The notes beneath the pieces are model-generated. The model ran no database searches. It was not told the DNA's origin and was given only the letters and a program-made list of their open reading frames with translations. A stretch of 64,000 bases of DNA from a virus. The first letter of the stretch is position 1. Every line of letters starts with the position of its first letter. Where the stretch lies: IMG/VR virus record IMGVR_UViG_3300033388_006651, positions 64,001-128,000 of that record. One strand, given 5' to 3'. The position numbers were made by a program, and so were the translations under genes. Positions 22,736-32,811 of the stretch are shown one piece after another.

Positions 22736-22941
22736 TCTCGGGATTCGGCGGGTTCGGCGGTGCCGCGCCTGCAGCCACCCTCGTCACGGGGGATCACTGT
22801 GGTGCCGTGAGCACCGCATAGAGGTTTTCTGGAACTACAAGCGTGGAAGCCTCTCCTGGGAGGATTTCGTGCAGTACTACGGAGTTGACCCGGAAAGAGG
22901 CTCGATCGTTTGTCGGGAACCCGGGTATAAGGACTGACCAC

Positions 22942-23044
22942 GCCCAAGTAGCTCAGTGCAAGTCTGCGGTCACACGTTTCTTGCTTGGTAGAGCGGTCGG
23001 CTTAAACTCCGATGCGTCGAAGGTTCAAATCCTCTCCTTGGGCA
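22942..23044 (+). tRNA. tRNA-like RNA with a D-loop hairpin insertion and 8-nt CUUAAACU anticodon loop
   Basis: GCCCAAG/CTTGGGC-A, GCTC/GAGC D stem interrupted by GCAAG..CTTGC, GGTTCAAATCC. Confidence 0.65.
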
Positions 23045-23087
23045 CCGAAATTATGTAAATTCTTCCCCCGCTCCGTGTACCTCTCAG

Positions 23088-23312
23088 ATGATTAAGATCG
23101 ACCATACACAGCCGAATGCTGAGAAACTGGTAGGGCGTCTCGCGAACTGGAAGTTCAAGTCAGCCCTCCAGCACCTGGAGGGTCAATCGGACGAAGTCGT
23201 GGAGACGGTGAAGACACTCTCCACCATGTTCAGCAACTCGGGATGGTTTGAGGGCAACATGGGGCATCTAGTTAGTGTGGTCGTTCAGACCCTCGTGGAG
23301 TCCCACGAATGA
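23088..23312 (+). CDS. hypothetical protein
   Basis: 74-aa ORF just after the TGTAAA motif. Confidence 0.6.
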   Translation: MIKIDHTQPNAEKLVGRLANWKFKSALQHLEGQSDEVVETVKTLSTMFSNSGWFEGNMGHLVSVVVQTLVESHE

Positions 23313-23321
23313 GACAACATC

Positions 23322-24167
23322 ATGGAGAAATTAACTGTAGCAGGCGTGACCCTCGAAGGGTTCGCGCAAGGAGGGTGGCAGACTTCGATCTACTGCCCCG
23401 AAGTGAGAGCGGTTTTTGACGCGGGCTACGCCTTGCGTGCAAACGTAGAGAACTACTTCATCACGCACAGCCATCCCGACCACATCATGGCGCTCCCCTA
23501 CATTGTGGGGCGCCGGGCGGTGTCGGCTGAGCGCAAGAAGATGATCATCCACGTCCCCGAGCAGATTCGGGAACTGACCGCTACGGTGATCCTCGGAAGC
23601 TGTCGCCTCTTCGGCGATCGGTGTCCCGAGGACTTCGTCGAAATCGTCGGGGTCAAGCCCGGCGACTCGATCACGCTCAGCAAGCAGCACAGCGTCCAGG
23701 TGCTGCCTACGGTTCACCGTGGGCCCACCGTGGGTTACGTGGTCATGCAGCACACCCAGAAGCTCAAGCCCGAGTACGAGGGCATTGAGGGGCGTGAGCT
23801 GGGCCGTCTCCGTGGGGAGGGGGTCGAGATCACCGCAGCCCGTGTGTCGCCGATGCTGGCGATCCCTGGTGACACCCAGATCGAGTTCCTGCTCAACAAC
23901 GAGCTGGCTCGAAAGGCCAAGGTCCTCGTTCACGAGGTCACGGTCTGGGACGAGGGGTTCAACAACGTCGAAGGCTGCCGTCGCTACGGCCACACGCACA
24001 TCGCGGAGATGGTCGAGCACGCGCACAAGTTCGAGGGAGAGGCTCTCGTGCTTTGCCACCGCTCTATGCGGTGGACCCGGAAAGAGATCGAGGCGATCGC
24101 TCGTCGTCGGTTCCCAGAAGAGGTGCTCAAGAAGCTCCACTTCTTCGACGGTGGCGATCGCCTGTGA
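23322..24167 (+). CDS. RNase Z-like metallo-beta-lactamase (tRNA 3' processing)
   Basis: FDAG, ITHSHPDH, H.GP..GY, KLKPEY..L.G arm, GDT, HE.T, GHTH, LCH.S.R. Confidence 0.82.
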   Translation: MEKLTVAGVTLEGFAQGGWQTSIYCPEVRAVFDAGYALRANVENYFITHSHPDHIMALPYIVGRRAVSAERKKMIIHVPEQIRELTATVILGSCRLFGDRCPEDFVEIVGVKPGDSITLSKQHSVQVLPTVHRGPTVGYVVMQHTQKLKPEYEGIEGRELGRLRGEGVEITAARVSPMLAIPGDTQIEFLLNNELARKAKVLVHEVTVWDEGFNNVEGCRRYGHTHIAEMVEHAHKFEGEALVLCHRSMRWTRKEIEAIARRRFPEEVLKKLHFFDGGDRL

Positions 24168-24279
24168 TACCTTGGCGATGATGGCAGGCGCGCTCTGGTT
24201 CCTGTCCATCGCCCCTCTCCCTGACCAAGCTGCGTATCCCTGGCCCGGGGAACGCTAGCCGGGAGAGGGGCCAGGGCGC

Positions 24280-24813
24280 TTACGGGTTGAATTTACCGCC
24301 GGGGAAATCGTAGATCGTCACCGGGATTCCGTGAGTCACGAAATGCTCGTCGATGAGCACTTCGATCCGAGCCCAGGAGCCGCCTGCGAGCCAGCAGCCC
24401 AGCCTGGGCATGTGAATTGAAACATTGCGTTCAGGGTTCTTGAGAGCGTACGCAGCCAGGTATTTGAATCCCTGGCTGATGGCCTTGTAGCGGATGGGGG
24501 GCTCACCGCCTTTGGCGGTACGGATGCCCTGTTGTCCGATGATGTTGGCGACCGCGATGTTCTCTTCAACAGGGACGAGCTGCATCGCCCCGAGGGGAAG
24601 TTTGTTGTCCCATTTCGATGCCCATAGCCGGTACATCTCTTCGGGGCGAGCCCATTGCTTGGAGAGCGACATTACGAATCCGGCGCCCCATGCCCCGATA
24701 CTGTTTGAACAATGTGCGATGATCTTGAGACCGTCACCCTCTGGCGCAGTGGCGTCGCCCTCGACATACATGACGAGGGGGGAGGGGGTCTGCTTTTTCG
24801 CGGCTGCCATCAC
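24280..24813 (-). CDS. macro domain protein (Poa1/TARG1-like)
   Basis: YVEGDAT, IAHCSN..G.WGAGF, HMPRLGC.LAGGSW. Confidence 0.85.
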   Translation of the reverse strand: MMAAAKKQTPSPLVMYVEGDATAPEGDGLKIIAHCSNSIGAWGAGFVMSLSKQWARPEEMYRLWASKWDNKLPLGAMQLVPVEENIAVANIIGQQGIRTAKGGEPPIRYKAISQGFKYLAAYALKNPERNVSIHMPRLGCWLAGGSWARIEVLIDEHFVTHGIPVTIYDFPGGKFNP

Positions 24814-24825
24814 CCATTATACGCG

Positions 24826-25818
24826 TCAGCTCAGGGCGAGTTCCCGTTTCTGGGCGTTCTCCGGGATGGAGGCCATTGCACGAAGATCGGCCATTGATCC
24901 CCGGAAGTAGTTGGCGTCCATCTCACCGCTCGTACCGGGCGGTCTTCCGTCTGGACGAGGCTCGTTGTTGGCGTGCTGGTGGATCACCCAGTCCCAGCCG
25001 GGGATCTCCCCAGTGGGTTCCTCGTAGATCCCTTTGTAGCCAGAGACGATCCACAGCGGGCACTGCGACAGCGACATCGTCTTGGCCAGCCTGTATTTCC
25101 AGAAGTTCGGCCCGGTGTAAACGATGGGCCAGACCCCAAGTTCGTCCTTGATGTACTGGATGAACGCCTCACAGAAGACGACCACGTCGTTGGCTTTCAC
25201 GCCGGCCTTGGTCGCGCGATCGTCCCACTCGATGTCCAACACGGGCGGCAGCATCCCGGGCAGGATCTCTCGGCCGTAGTGATCCAGGAACCATTCGGCT
25301 TCGTTGCGGCCATCCTCGGCGAACCCTTTTTCGCCGTCGCTGTTCTTGAGGGAGACTCGAGCGAAGTGGTAGGCGCTCCAGATCTTGCCGGCCGCGATCG
25401 CCTTCTCCTTGTTCTCAGCGAAACGGGGATCGGCGTAGCCTTCGCCTTTCTTGTCCTTGCCGCCTTCCGTGGCCTTGAGGATGACGAAGGGGAAATCGAC
25501 CATCCTTTCGTGATCGACGGGCCCTTGATGTTTGGCGACATCGTAACCAAGCACGTCGTCGCGCTCGGTGAAGGCCGTCTCCCAGAGTTTGTGCGCTAGA
25601 CGGAGGACCTCTGGCTCAGGGGCTTTGGGTTCTGGGAGTTCGGCGCCCTCGTTCGTCCACTTCGTGTTCTCAATGTGGAGTTCCTCGGTGGGTTTCCCTT
25701 TGGGAGCACCGTCCCGTGGAGGGTTCGAGAAGAACCCCAGGATACGCGCAATGAGGTCCGCGAAAGAGAACACGGGGACTTTGTCACCGTGCATCTGGTC
25801 CCTGATTTCAACTTCCAC
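24826..25818 (-). CDS. GH25 muramidase (lysin)
   Basis: GYDVAKHQG, KATEG, AYHFA, PPVLDIE, IVYTG, W..HQ, MDAN. Confidence 0.88.
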   Translation of the reverse strand: MEVEIRDQMHGDKVPVFSFADLIARILGFFSNPPRDGAPKGKPTEELHIENTKWTNEGAELPEPKAPEPEVLRLAHKLWETAFTERDDVLGYDVAKHQGPVDHERMVDFPFVILKATEGGKDKKGEGYADPRFAENKEKAIAAGKIWSAYHFARVSLKNSDGEKGFAEDGRNEAEWFLDHYGREILPGMLPPVLDIEWDDRATKAGVKANDVVVFCEAFIQYIKDELGVWPIVYTGPNFWKYRLAKTMSLSQCPLWIVSGYKGIYEEPTGEIPGWDWVIHQHANNEPRPDGRPPGTSGEMDANYFRGSMADLRAMASIPENAQKRELALS

Positions 25819-25859
25819 ATAAAGGGGCCATCGATAGGGAGGCTATCGCGACCCCCTCG

Positions 25860-26897
25860 GTGATGGCTGAGATGATCCAGGGACTCGATGTAGCTCACCA
25901 CCAGGGCAACGTAGATTTCGCGGAAGTCGCCGGTGATGGTTTCCGCTTCTGTGTGTGCAAGGCGACGGAGGGGGCCGACTACGAGGACCCGAAGTTTCGT
26001 GAAAACATGCGGAAGATCGCGGAGCTGCGTGTGGTCGATCCGTCCTTTTTCGGGGGCGCGTACCACTTCGCTCGACCGGACAACCGCACCGGCCGTGCTG
26101 GCGGTGAAACCGAAGGTCGCTGGTTCTCCCAGATTCTCAACGAGGTGTCGGCCGAGTACGGGTTCTCCATCGAGCATGATTTTCTCGAACCCGCACTCGA
26201 CTTCGAGAAGTACAGCGACTCAAGCGGCACCGACAACATCCCGTGGATCGAAGGGTTCCTCGATGTCCTCAAGAGTGAGACGGGTCGCGACGGGATGATC
26301 TACACGGGACCGAACGTGTGGATGTATGAGGTCAGCAACACGACCCAGTTCAACGACTACCCACTCTGGGAAGTCACTTACAGTTCGCAGGGATCGAACC
26401 CCGATGCCCAACCTCCCCGGATGCCGAAGAACGAACCCGACGAGCCGTACTGGGAGTGGACGTTCTGGCAGTGGAGCGGTGGAGGAGACTATGCCTACTA
26501 CCACCGACAGTTCGGGGACATCGCCGGCATCCCCAGCGGCATCGCGGATGTGAACCGTCTCAACGGAGGTGAAGAGCGGTTGCTGGAGCTCGCCAACGCT
26601 GGCCATTTGCCACCTCCCCCGGTGAACGTGACGTGGCCTCGACCTCCTGAGCAGATCGATCTGAACGATTTGCGTGGTGCGTACTCCGAGTACGTGTCCC
26701 GCGTGCAGGGTCTCCTGCTGGCGCACAAGTACGGACCCAGCGGACTCACCGGTTCCAACGGTTTGCCCGACGGGTTGATGGGCAACAAGACCGAGACCTA
26801 TCTCGAGGACTTCAAAGCGAAGCGTGCCCTGCCAGCCGATACGGTCGTGGACTGGGACACCTGGTGGGCCCTGGCCTACGACAACCTGCGGGCTTAG
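25860..26897 (+). CDS. GH25 muramidase with C-terminal peptidoglycan-binding domain
   Basis: GLDVAHHQG, KATEG, GAYHFARP, LDFE, WQWS; V.RVQ.LL...DG.MG.KT. Confidence 0.9.
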   Translation: MMAEMIQGLDVAHHQGNVDFAEVAGDGFRFCVCKATEGADYEDPKFRENMRKIAELRVVDPSFFGGAYHFARPDNRTGRAGGETEGRWFSQILNEVSAEYGFSIEHDFLEPALDFEKYSDSSGTDNIPWIEGFLDVLKSETGRDGMIYTGPNVWMYEVSNTTQFNDYPLWEVTYSSQGSNPDAQPPRMPKNEPDEPYWEWTFWQWSGGGDYAYYHRQFGDIAGIPSGIADVNRLNGGEERLLELANAGHLPPPPVNVTWPRPPEQIDLNDLRGAYSEYVSRVQGLLLAHKYGPSGLTGSNGLPDGLMGNKTETYLEDFKAKRALPADTVVDWDTWWALAYDNLRA

Positions 26898-27319
26898 GCG
26901 CCCATCGCTTCACGGACGGCCGCGAGGGCATCCGTGTACGACTTCGTCGTGCCACGTTGCCGCATCTTGGGGTCGGCGGTGTAGTGCCAGGTCGAACCGT
27001 CCCACGCGATGTTCTGACCATGGCGCACGGCGACGGTGCCATCGGTGATCATTTCGCCGTAGACCGTGACGGTCTTGAGGCAGCGGCAGGCGGCTTCCTG
27101 GATCTGGTCTTCGTCGAGTACATCGAGCACTTCACCGAGCTTGGTGTAAACGCGCATCAGTCCTTGGATGGCGTCGTAGTGCGTCAGGTGGAGGGCGTCT
27201 TTGAACGTCAGTCCGGTGATGGCCATCCAGGGTCGGAGTACATCGATGATGGGGACGTTGGTGTCCTCGCGGAGGTTGCCGATTTCGACGATGGCGTCTT
27301 TGAGCGTGATTTGTGACAT
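26894..27319 (-). CDS. hypothetical protein
   Basis: AGGA RBS; 141-aa ORF. Confidence 0.65.
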   Translation of the reverse strand: MSQITLKDAIVEIGNLREDTNVPIIDVLRPWMAITGLTFKDALHLTHYDAIQGLMRVYTKLGEVLDVLDEDQIQEAACRCLKTVTVYGEMITDGTVAVRHGQNIAWDGSTWHYTADPKMRQRGTTKSYTDALAAVREAMGA

Positions 27320-27568
27320 GTGGTTTTGTGTCCTGTGTGGGTGAGGTCGAACCCCAAAGCCATGTTACCCACCGAAAAGTGCAGTCAAGTTGCTTTCGCC
27401 TGCATTTCGGGGCTCTCAGGGGCCCTCAGACGCCTCAAGAACCCCGAGGGCGCGTAGGAGGTCCCCGAGGCCCCGCCAACGCCCTCCGGGCCCCTGGTGG
27501 CGACCCTACGGCCGGGGTCTGGGCCTACCGCGCACCGGTAGTCGTCCTATCAGGAGCCCTTTCGTGAG

Positions 27569-28309
27569 ATGCGCATGAAGACTTCGACCTCGCCGGGTGG
27601 CCGCGAAGTGGGTTCTCCGAGTTTCACGAAACGGGAGACGAGCCCCATGGTGTCTGGTTCGATCAGCACGGCGCTTTCGGCCCGGATCATTCGGCTCGCA
27701 CATTCGCGCCCGGAACTGCGCGATGCGCTCCAGCCGCTGCTCTACGTGATCGCGGCCAAGCAGGACTCGGCCAGTTCGGAGCTCCGGCGGAAAGAGCAGA
27801 GGGAGTTCTCCGAACTCTTGAGCTTCGGTCCTCGGTTCGGCGTCATTTCGGCTCACGACGGGAAAGACAGCACCCAGAACCGGATCCGTCGAGCGAAGCT
27901 CATCACGGACCTTTCTCGACTGGGCTACCGGAAAGTGTCACCGATGCGAGGAAACTGGGAGCTGCTCCCGGAAGACTCGTTGATGATCCAGAACATCCGC
28001 CCGCAGGACCTGTTCCAGCTTGGCCGCAAGTACGGCCAGGAGTTTGTGGTGTTCTCTGACGAGCCTGGTCTCGTTGGTTTCTACTACCTGACCGGCGACC
28101 CGAAGACGCGCATCATCGTGGACCCCAAGGGTGACACGACGTTCCGTTCGTTGACGGACATGACGCCTTACTCTCGAGCCCGTGGTCTCGATGTGGAGTT
28201 CGGTTTGCTGTGGTCCCAGGAGTTTCCGTGGGACGGCGGTGATCATCTCGATCGTCGTCGCGTCCGTACCGAGCTCAAGAACCAGGGCCTCCAGAACGTG
28301 ACGCCGTAA
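27569..28309 (+). CDS. hypothetical protein, possibly virion-associated
   Basis: Preceded by the CCTAT motif; RLAHSRPELR..L.PLL segment. Confidence 0.65.
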   Translation: MRMKTSTSPGGREVGSPSFTKRETSPMVSGSISTALSARIIRLAHSRPELRDALQPLLYVIAAKQDSASSELRRKEQREFSELLSFGPRFGVISAHDGKDSTQNRIRRAKLITDLSRLGYRKVSPMRGNWELLPEDSLMIQNIRPQDLFQLGRKYGQEFVVFSDEPGLVGFYYLTGDPKTRIIVDPKGDTTFRSLTDMTPYSRARGLDVEFGLLWSQEFPWDGGDHLDRRRVRTELKNQGLQNVTP

Positions 28310-28472
28310 CCGGTTCGTCAAGTTCTTTGGCGATCAGCTCTTCGAGCTTGTCGAGATCGATCTGGTGAACGTGCAAAGGCACTTGCGAGGAAAGCCATTC
28401 TCGCTTTCGCCAGAAATCCACGATTGCCTTCGCTCGGGAGCGAGGGTTAGAGACAAGGGCGGCGGCAGCCAT
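28275..28472 (-). CDS. hypothetical protein
   Basis: 65-aa ATG ORF. Confidence 0.45.
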   Translation of the reverse strand: MAAAALVSNPRSRAKAIVDFWRKREWLSSQVPLHVHQIDLDKLEELIAKELDEPVTASRSGGPGS

Positions 28473-28747
28473 GGCTCAACCGTACCGATGAGAAGGGGGC
28501 GCGACGGCCGCGAAAAAGTCCAAAGTCTACGAAAACGGGGACTTTGGGAAATTTGTCGGAGCGGCGTCGGGAGATCTCTTACTCCTGTGGATCGGGCACA
28601 GCCTGTTCGTGAAGTTCTGCGACCCGGCTACTGCGCGCCGCTTCTTTGGCTTTGGCCTTGGCGTCTTTTGCCTTCGCCCCATTTTTGCGGGTGATTACGG
28701 GTGGTTCGCTAGCCATCATTCAGGGGAAGCTGATAGGCCCGTTATCG

Positions 28748-29525
28748 TCAGAGTTTCCCTTTTCGGGATCGAGCGACTTCCATCATCGGACTCACGTCCA
28801 CCCACCCGGGCCAGGTGATGATGTCCACGCTCACGAACTCTTTCCACCGTTCGTGCTTGGTGAGATCGTTCCACACCGTCCGGCGCCACGCCCACTTCTG
28901 TGTGCTCACCTCATCGGGCTTGTCGGTGTTGTTCCAGTAGGCGAAGTCCTCGAGCCGTTTGTCGTCGGCCATGAAGTCGAGGAGCCCGCCGAGGTGGCAC
29001 CGACGATCGCAGTAGGGGATGAGGTAGTACTTGCTTCGGTAGACCCGCATGGTGATCGAGGCATCGAGGGCCCACAGGTCCCAGGTGTGTTCGGCCAAGG
29101 TTTTCCCGTACTCCTTGTGCATCCACGAGTCGATATCGAAGGCCCCGGGTTTGTCTCCTTCGACGTGGGTGCGCTTCGACGCTTTGAGTATCTCTTCATC
29201 GCTCACGGCCATCAGATCTTCGAGGCGTTTGAGCTCGGGAGGACAGTGCTCGATGATCCACTCTCGGTAGAGGCTGACCCATTTGGTGGGCACGTCGGTG
29301 TCGGGGTGGTGCTCCTTGAGCCATGCGGCGAAGAGGCGGTTTTCTTCTTCGACCTTGAGCCATGCGTCGCTTGAGCGGCCGTCGAGAATGTCGTGGAAGG
29401 TCTTGGAAGGTCTTGGCGAGGCGCTCTTTGGCAGCGTCCTGACCCTGCCGTTTGAGATCCCAGAGCAGCTCGTAGGGATCAACCCCCTTGGCGACCCGAT
29501 ATGCCTCGTAGATCTTGATACTCAC
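28748..29525 (-). pseudogene. hypothetical protein frameshifted by a 10-bp tandem duplication
   Basis: VSIKIYEAY..KERLAKTF joins HDILDGRSS if one TGGAAGGTCT copy (29394-29413) is removed. Confidence 0.7.
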
Positions 29526-29688
29526 ACCCCTTGTACGCTTTCGTGAAAAGTTGGGATCCGTTTGTGTAAAAAGTTCGCCCCCTCCGTGCACAGGGTGAGA
29601 CCAAGATGGCCACCACGTATCCGCGAATCGCGCACATCCTTTGGAGTCCGGGTGAGTCACATGATCCCCAGGTCTTTTTGGAGCACCT

Positions 29689-30465
29689 ATGAACCGCATC
29701 ACCAACGGCACCGACCTCATGAACCTTCTGGAGAGCATCAAGATGGTCGGCACCCGCTTGGCCGAGTGGGACTTCCGATGGGCGATGCAGGAACTCAAGA
29801 CCGGCGATGTTGACGGCTGGCTCGTGCAGTGTTCGTTCGAGCGCCCGGATGTCAACGGAGAGTTTACCGAGCAGGGGCTCGGCTATGGCCGCGAGTGGTT
29901 CATCGCCAACGGGGCGCCGGACACCGGCGTGGTGTTCACGGCCTGGGAGGCGATGAAATTCATCGTCTTCCATGAGCTCCACGAGGCGTTTACTGTGGTG
30001 ATCGATGGGAAGCGCGTGCGCCTCCTGGACCCCCACAAAGAGCTGACCGACTTGGCTGTTGGGAGCCGTTATGTCGGGGGGGAGATCGAAGGACGGTTTC
30101 CGGCAAAGATCGAAGGACAGTTTCTGGCAGCCCGTGAAGACAAACCGTTCTCTCCTGAGAACTGGGTCCTCAAGTCCGAAGACAAGAAAGAGACCTCTTG
30201 GAGTCTCTGTGGCTCCAGCGACGGCGGCTTCCTCATGATCTTCGGGCTGAACCGCGAGGCCGGGGACTGGCTCCTCAACCTCGACGGCCCACAGCCCAAA
30301 GGCCCGTGGCGGATCGAAGGCAACATGGGCAACTACCTGTTGATCGGAACCGACGACGAGAAACTTGGTTGGGGTGTTCAGCCGGATCTCGCCCGCTGGA
30401 TGGTCCGCCACAAGCTGGCCACGAGCACGGACTCTTACCTGACCCGAGAAAAAACTACATCATGA
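29689..30465 (+). CDS. hypothetical protein
   Basis: GGAG RBS; HELHEAF segment. Confidence 0.7.
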   Translation: MNRITNGTDLMNLLESIKMVGTRLAEWDFRWAMQELKTGDVDGWLVQCSFERPDVNGEFTEQGLGYGREWFIANGAPDTGVVFTAWEAMKFIVFHELHEAFTVVIDGKRVRLLDPHKELTDLAVGSRYVGGEIEGRFPAKIEGQFLAAREDKPFSPENWVLKSEDKKETSWSLCGSSDGGFLMIFGLNREAGDWLLNLDGPQPKGPWRIEGNMGNYLLIGTDDEKLGWGVQPDLARWMVRHKLATSTDSYLTREKTTS

Positions 30466-30647
30466 AGATCAAATACATAGATTTTGAAGGCGTCGAGCGC
30501 GAGGTGGAAGCGAAAGTATCCGTGGACCTCGAGAGCGGCCACATCAACAGCAAACTCGACTGGGAAGAGCAGAAGCTGGTCCTTCGCGTCGGCGGCAGTG
30601 TCATTGGACGCAAGAGCCTCTGCTACCGGGAAGTAGAACGAAAATGA
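30462..30647 (+). CDS. hypothetical protein
   Basis: ATGA-coupled on both sides (MKIKYIDFEG...). Confidence 0.6.
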   Translation: MKIKYIDFEGVEREVEAKVSVDLESGHINSKLDWEEQKLVLRVGGSVIGRKSLCYREVERK

Positions 30648-31723
30648 GTGATCGAAAACGAGAAGCCATCGCCGCCCTAGCCCTCGAACATTCCCGCGAG
30701 ATGCAGGAACTCACCGGGGACAGCAAGACCGAAGCCAGGGCTGCGTTCCTCGAACTCTACACCTGGACTCCCGAGTGGATGGACAACGAGCCCCTAGCGA
30801 AGCGTTTGAAAAAGGCGTACCACGCCAACGGAGCTGAGAAAGGCGAACTGCCGCCGTTCCTTTGCAACCTCGCGGTGTTCGAGATGCTCGGCAAGGATCA
30901 GTCGCGGACGTTCGGTGCCATGCTGCGGATTCTCGCTGAGGCCATCGGTATTACCAGCGACGACATGCGCAAGGCCATGCGTGACAGTGACCGGAGCGAA
31001 GAGGAAGTCGCGGAGAGGGAGATCACCAAAGAGACCCCTCTGTCCGCCGAGGATTTTGACGCCATCGAGTTGACCCTCCGGAAAGATGGCAGTTACCTAT
31101 TCGACGGTAACGACGGCCGACAGAAGATGCAGCGCGTCTTCCGAGCCCTCAACGCGACGCGAGCCATCTATGATGCTCCGCACGATCCAGACTGGGAGTA
31201 TTTCAGTGTCAAGCCCAAGGACCTGCGCATCGGTGACGAGATCGTTCGCCGTGGCCAGTGGAACCAAGTGCTCGGATTCTTCCTGCACGAGGAGGACAAG
31301 CGTTGGACCGACAAGGGCATGACCTTCTCGGAGGTCCCTGTGGGGTCCGAGGAACTCGACTGGAATGATGAGCCCAAGGAGTACTTCGTGAAGACCGCAT
31401 GGGGCAGCGACTCCGGCGAGAATTTCAAGGGCCAAGAGAAAATTGCTATCCGTCGCCGCAAAAGTGTGGGGGCCCCTCCGGCTAAGTCAGAAGCACCCAA
31501 AAAGACGCGGGCCAAGAAGTACCATGAGAAGCGTGGGCCAAACGGAAGACCGGAGGCCACCAAGAAGAAGACCACCAAGAAGAAGACCACCAAGAAGAAG
31601 ACCACCAAGAAGAAGGGCGCCAGTAAGAAGACCACCAAGAAGAAGGGCGCCCGTAAGAAGAAAAGCGCCCGCAAGAAGACCTCCAAAAAGAAGGCCACCA
31701 AGAACCGAAGGAGCGCAGCATGA
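30644..31723 (+). CDS. hypothetical protein with a Lys-rich histone-like tail
   Basis: (KKKTT)n C-terminus encoded by 15-nt repeats. Confidence 0.75.
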   Translation: MSDRKREAIAALALEHSREMQELTGDSKTEARAAFLELYTWTPEWMDNEPLAKRLKKAYHANGAEKGELPPFLCNLAVFEMLGKDQSRTFGAMLRILAEAIGITSDDMRKAMRDSDRSEEEVAEREITKETPLSAEDFDAIELTLRKDGSYLFDGNDGRQKMQRVFRALNATRAIYDAPHDPDWEYFSVKPKDLRIGDEIVRRGQWNQVLGFFLHEEDKRWTDKGMTFSEVPVGSEELDWNDEPKEYFVKTAWGSDSGENFKGQEKIAIRRRKSVGAPPAKSEAPKKTRAKKYHEKRGPNGRPEATKKKTTKKKTTKKKTTKKKGASKKTTKKKGARKKKSARKKTSKKKATKNRRSAA

Positions 31724-32100
31724 ACGAGAGCATCAAAGTTGAAGACCACACCAAGCACCCCCCCATCCTTGACGTTCGTCTGGATGGGGAGAAGACGGTT
31801 GTCATCGTCGATGTGCAGCAGATGTTCCGGAACATTTTTCCGGACGGCAGCACGAACGGGGACCCTGGTGTCTGGGGCGTCATCCTGGCGGACACGGTGC
31901 GGCACCTTGCACGAGCGCACCGTCAGGCTCTGGTGCGGCTTTCGGAGGGCGGCGGTGGCCCGATACCCCCTCCCGAGGAAGCCATCCTCGACCGGATCAT
32001 GCAGATCCTGGTGGACGAGATGTCAAGCGAAGATCTCCCCAAGATCGAGTCCCACACCGTCGTCACCGGAGACGGGCCCAAGGGCCCCAAGGTGAGTTGA
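31720..32100 (+). CDS. DUF5076-like protein
   Basis: WGVILADTVRHLARA motif. Confidence 0.6.
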   Translation: MNESIKVEDHTKHPPILDVRLDGEKTVVIVDVQQMFRNIFPDGSTNGDPGVWGVILADTVRHLARAHRQALVRLSEGGGGPIPPPEEAILDRIMQILVDEMSSEDLPKIESHTVVTGDGPKGPKVS

Positions 32101-32558
32101 TGCCAGGCAAGCACGTCAAAGTCTCGGTCCCCATCCACATCGGAGGGACCCGCAACGAGAATCTGTTTGCGCTTCCCACCGACAAGCCGGATCATTTCAA
32201 GATCAACTCGATCCCATTCCACGCCTACGGCCTCAACGATGGGGACATCGTCCGCTGCGACAGTTCGCGCAAGGTTTTGGAGGTCGTCGAGGCCAGTGGG
32301 TTCCGGACGTTCCGTGTCGTGTTCGCACCTGGAACCGACATGGAGGCCATGAACGCGGTGGCCAAGCGTTTTCATGAACTCGAGGCCGGTTTGAACCTCG
32401 GATACCCTGGGTTCATGTCCCTCGACATCGGCCCCGACAAGGACCACGAGGCCCTGGTCGCGTACCTGGACGAGCTTGAGGGCCAGGAGAGGATTCAGTA
32501 CGAGAGTGCAGAGCAACGGGCCGAAGGGAGTTTCAGTGACCCAGAGCAGGAAGGGTAG
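32097..32558 (+). CDS. DUF4265-like protein
   Basis: ENLFA...NSIPF.AYGL..GDIV...SG.RT.RV. Confidence 0.65.
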   Translation: MMPGKHVKVSVPIHIGGTRNENLFALPTDKPDHFKINSIPFHAYGLNDGDIVRCDSSRKVLEVVEASGFRTFRVVFAPGTDMEAMNAVAKRFHELEAGLNLGYPGFMSLDIGPDKDHEALVAYLDELEGQERIQYESAEQRAEGSFSDPEQEG

Positions 32559-32566
32559 AGTGCCCC

Positions 32567-32773
32567 ATGTCCCGGGAGCCCGTGGAGGTCGAAGTCCTGG
32601 ACAAGGACGGGACTCCTGCGATTCCGGAGAAACGGGTCACGGGGCCTCTAAGCCCGATCATCAACACGCTTGCGGCCGTGTTCGCTGTCCTGACCGCTCT
32701 CATGATTTTACTCATCGCCCTCGCAGCCACTTTGGCGAAGCAGGACGATGAGTCACCGCCGGACCCGGAATAG
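32567..32773 (+). CDS. small single-pass membrane protein
   Basis: One long hydrophobic segment. Confidence 0.55.
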   Translation: MSREPVEVEVLDKDGTPAIPEKRVTGPLSPIINTLAAVFAVLTALMILLIALAATLAKQDDESPPDPE

Positions 32774-32811
32774 GTCCACGATTTTCACGGTACACCCCCC
32801 TGGAGGACTAC

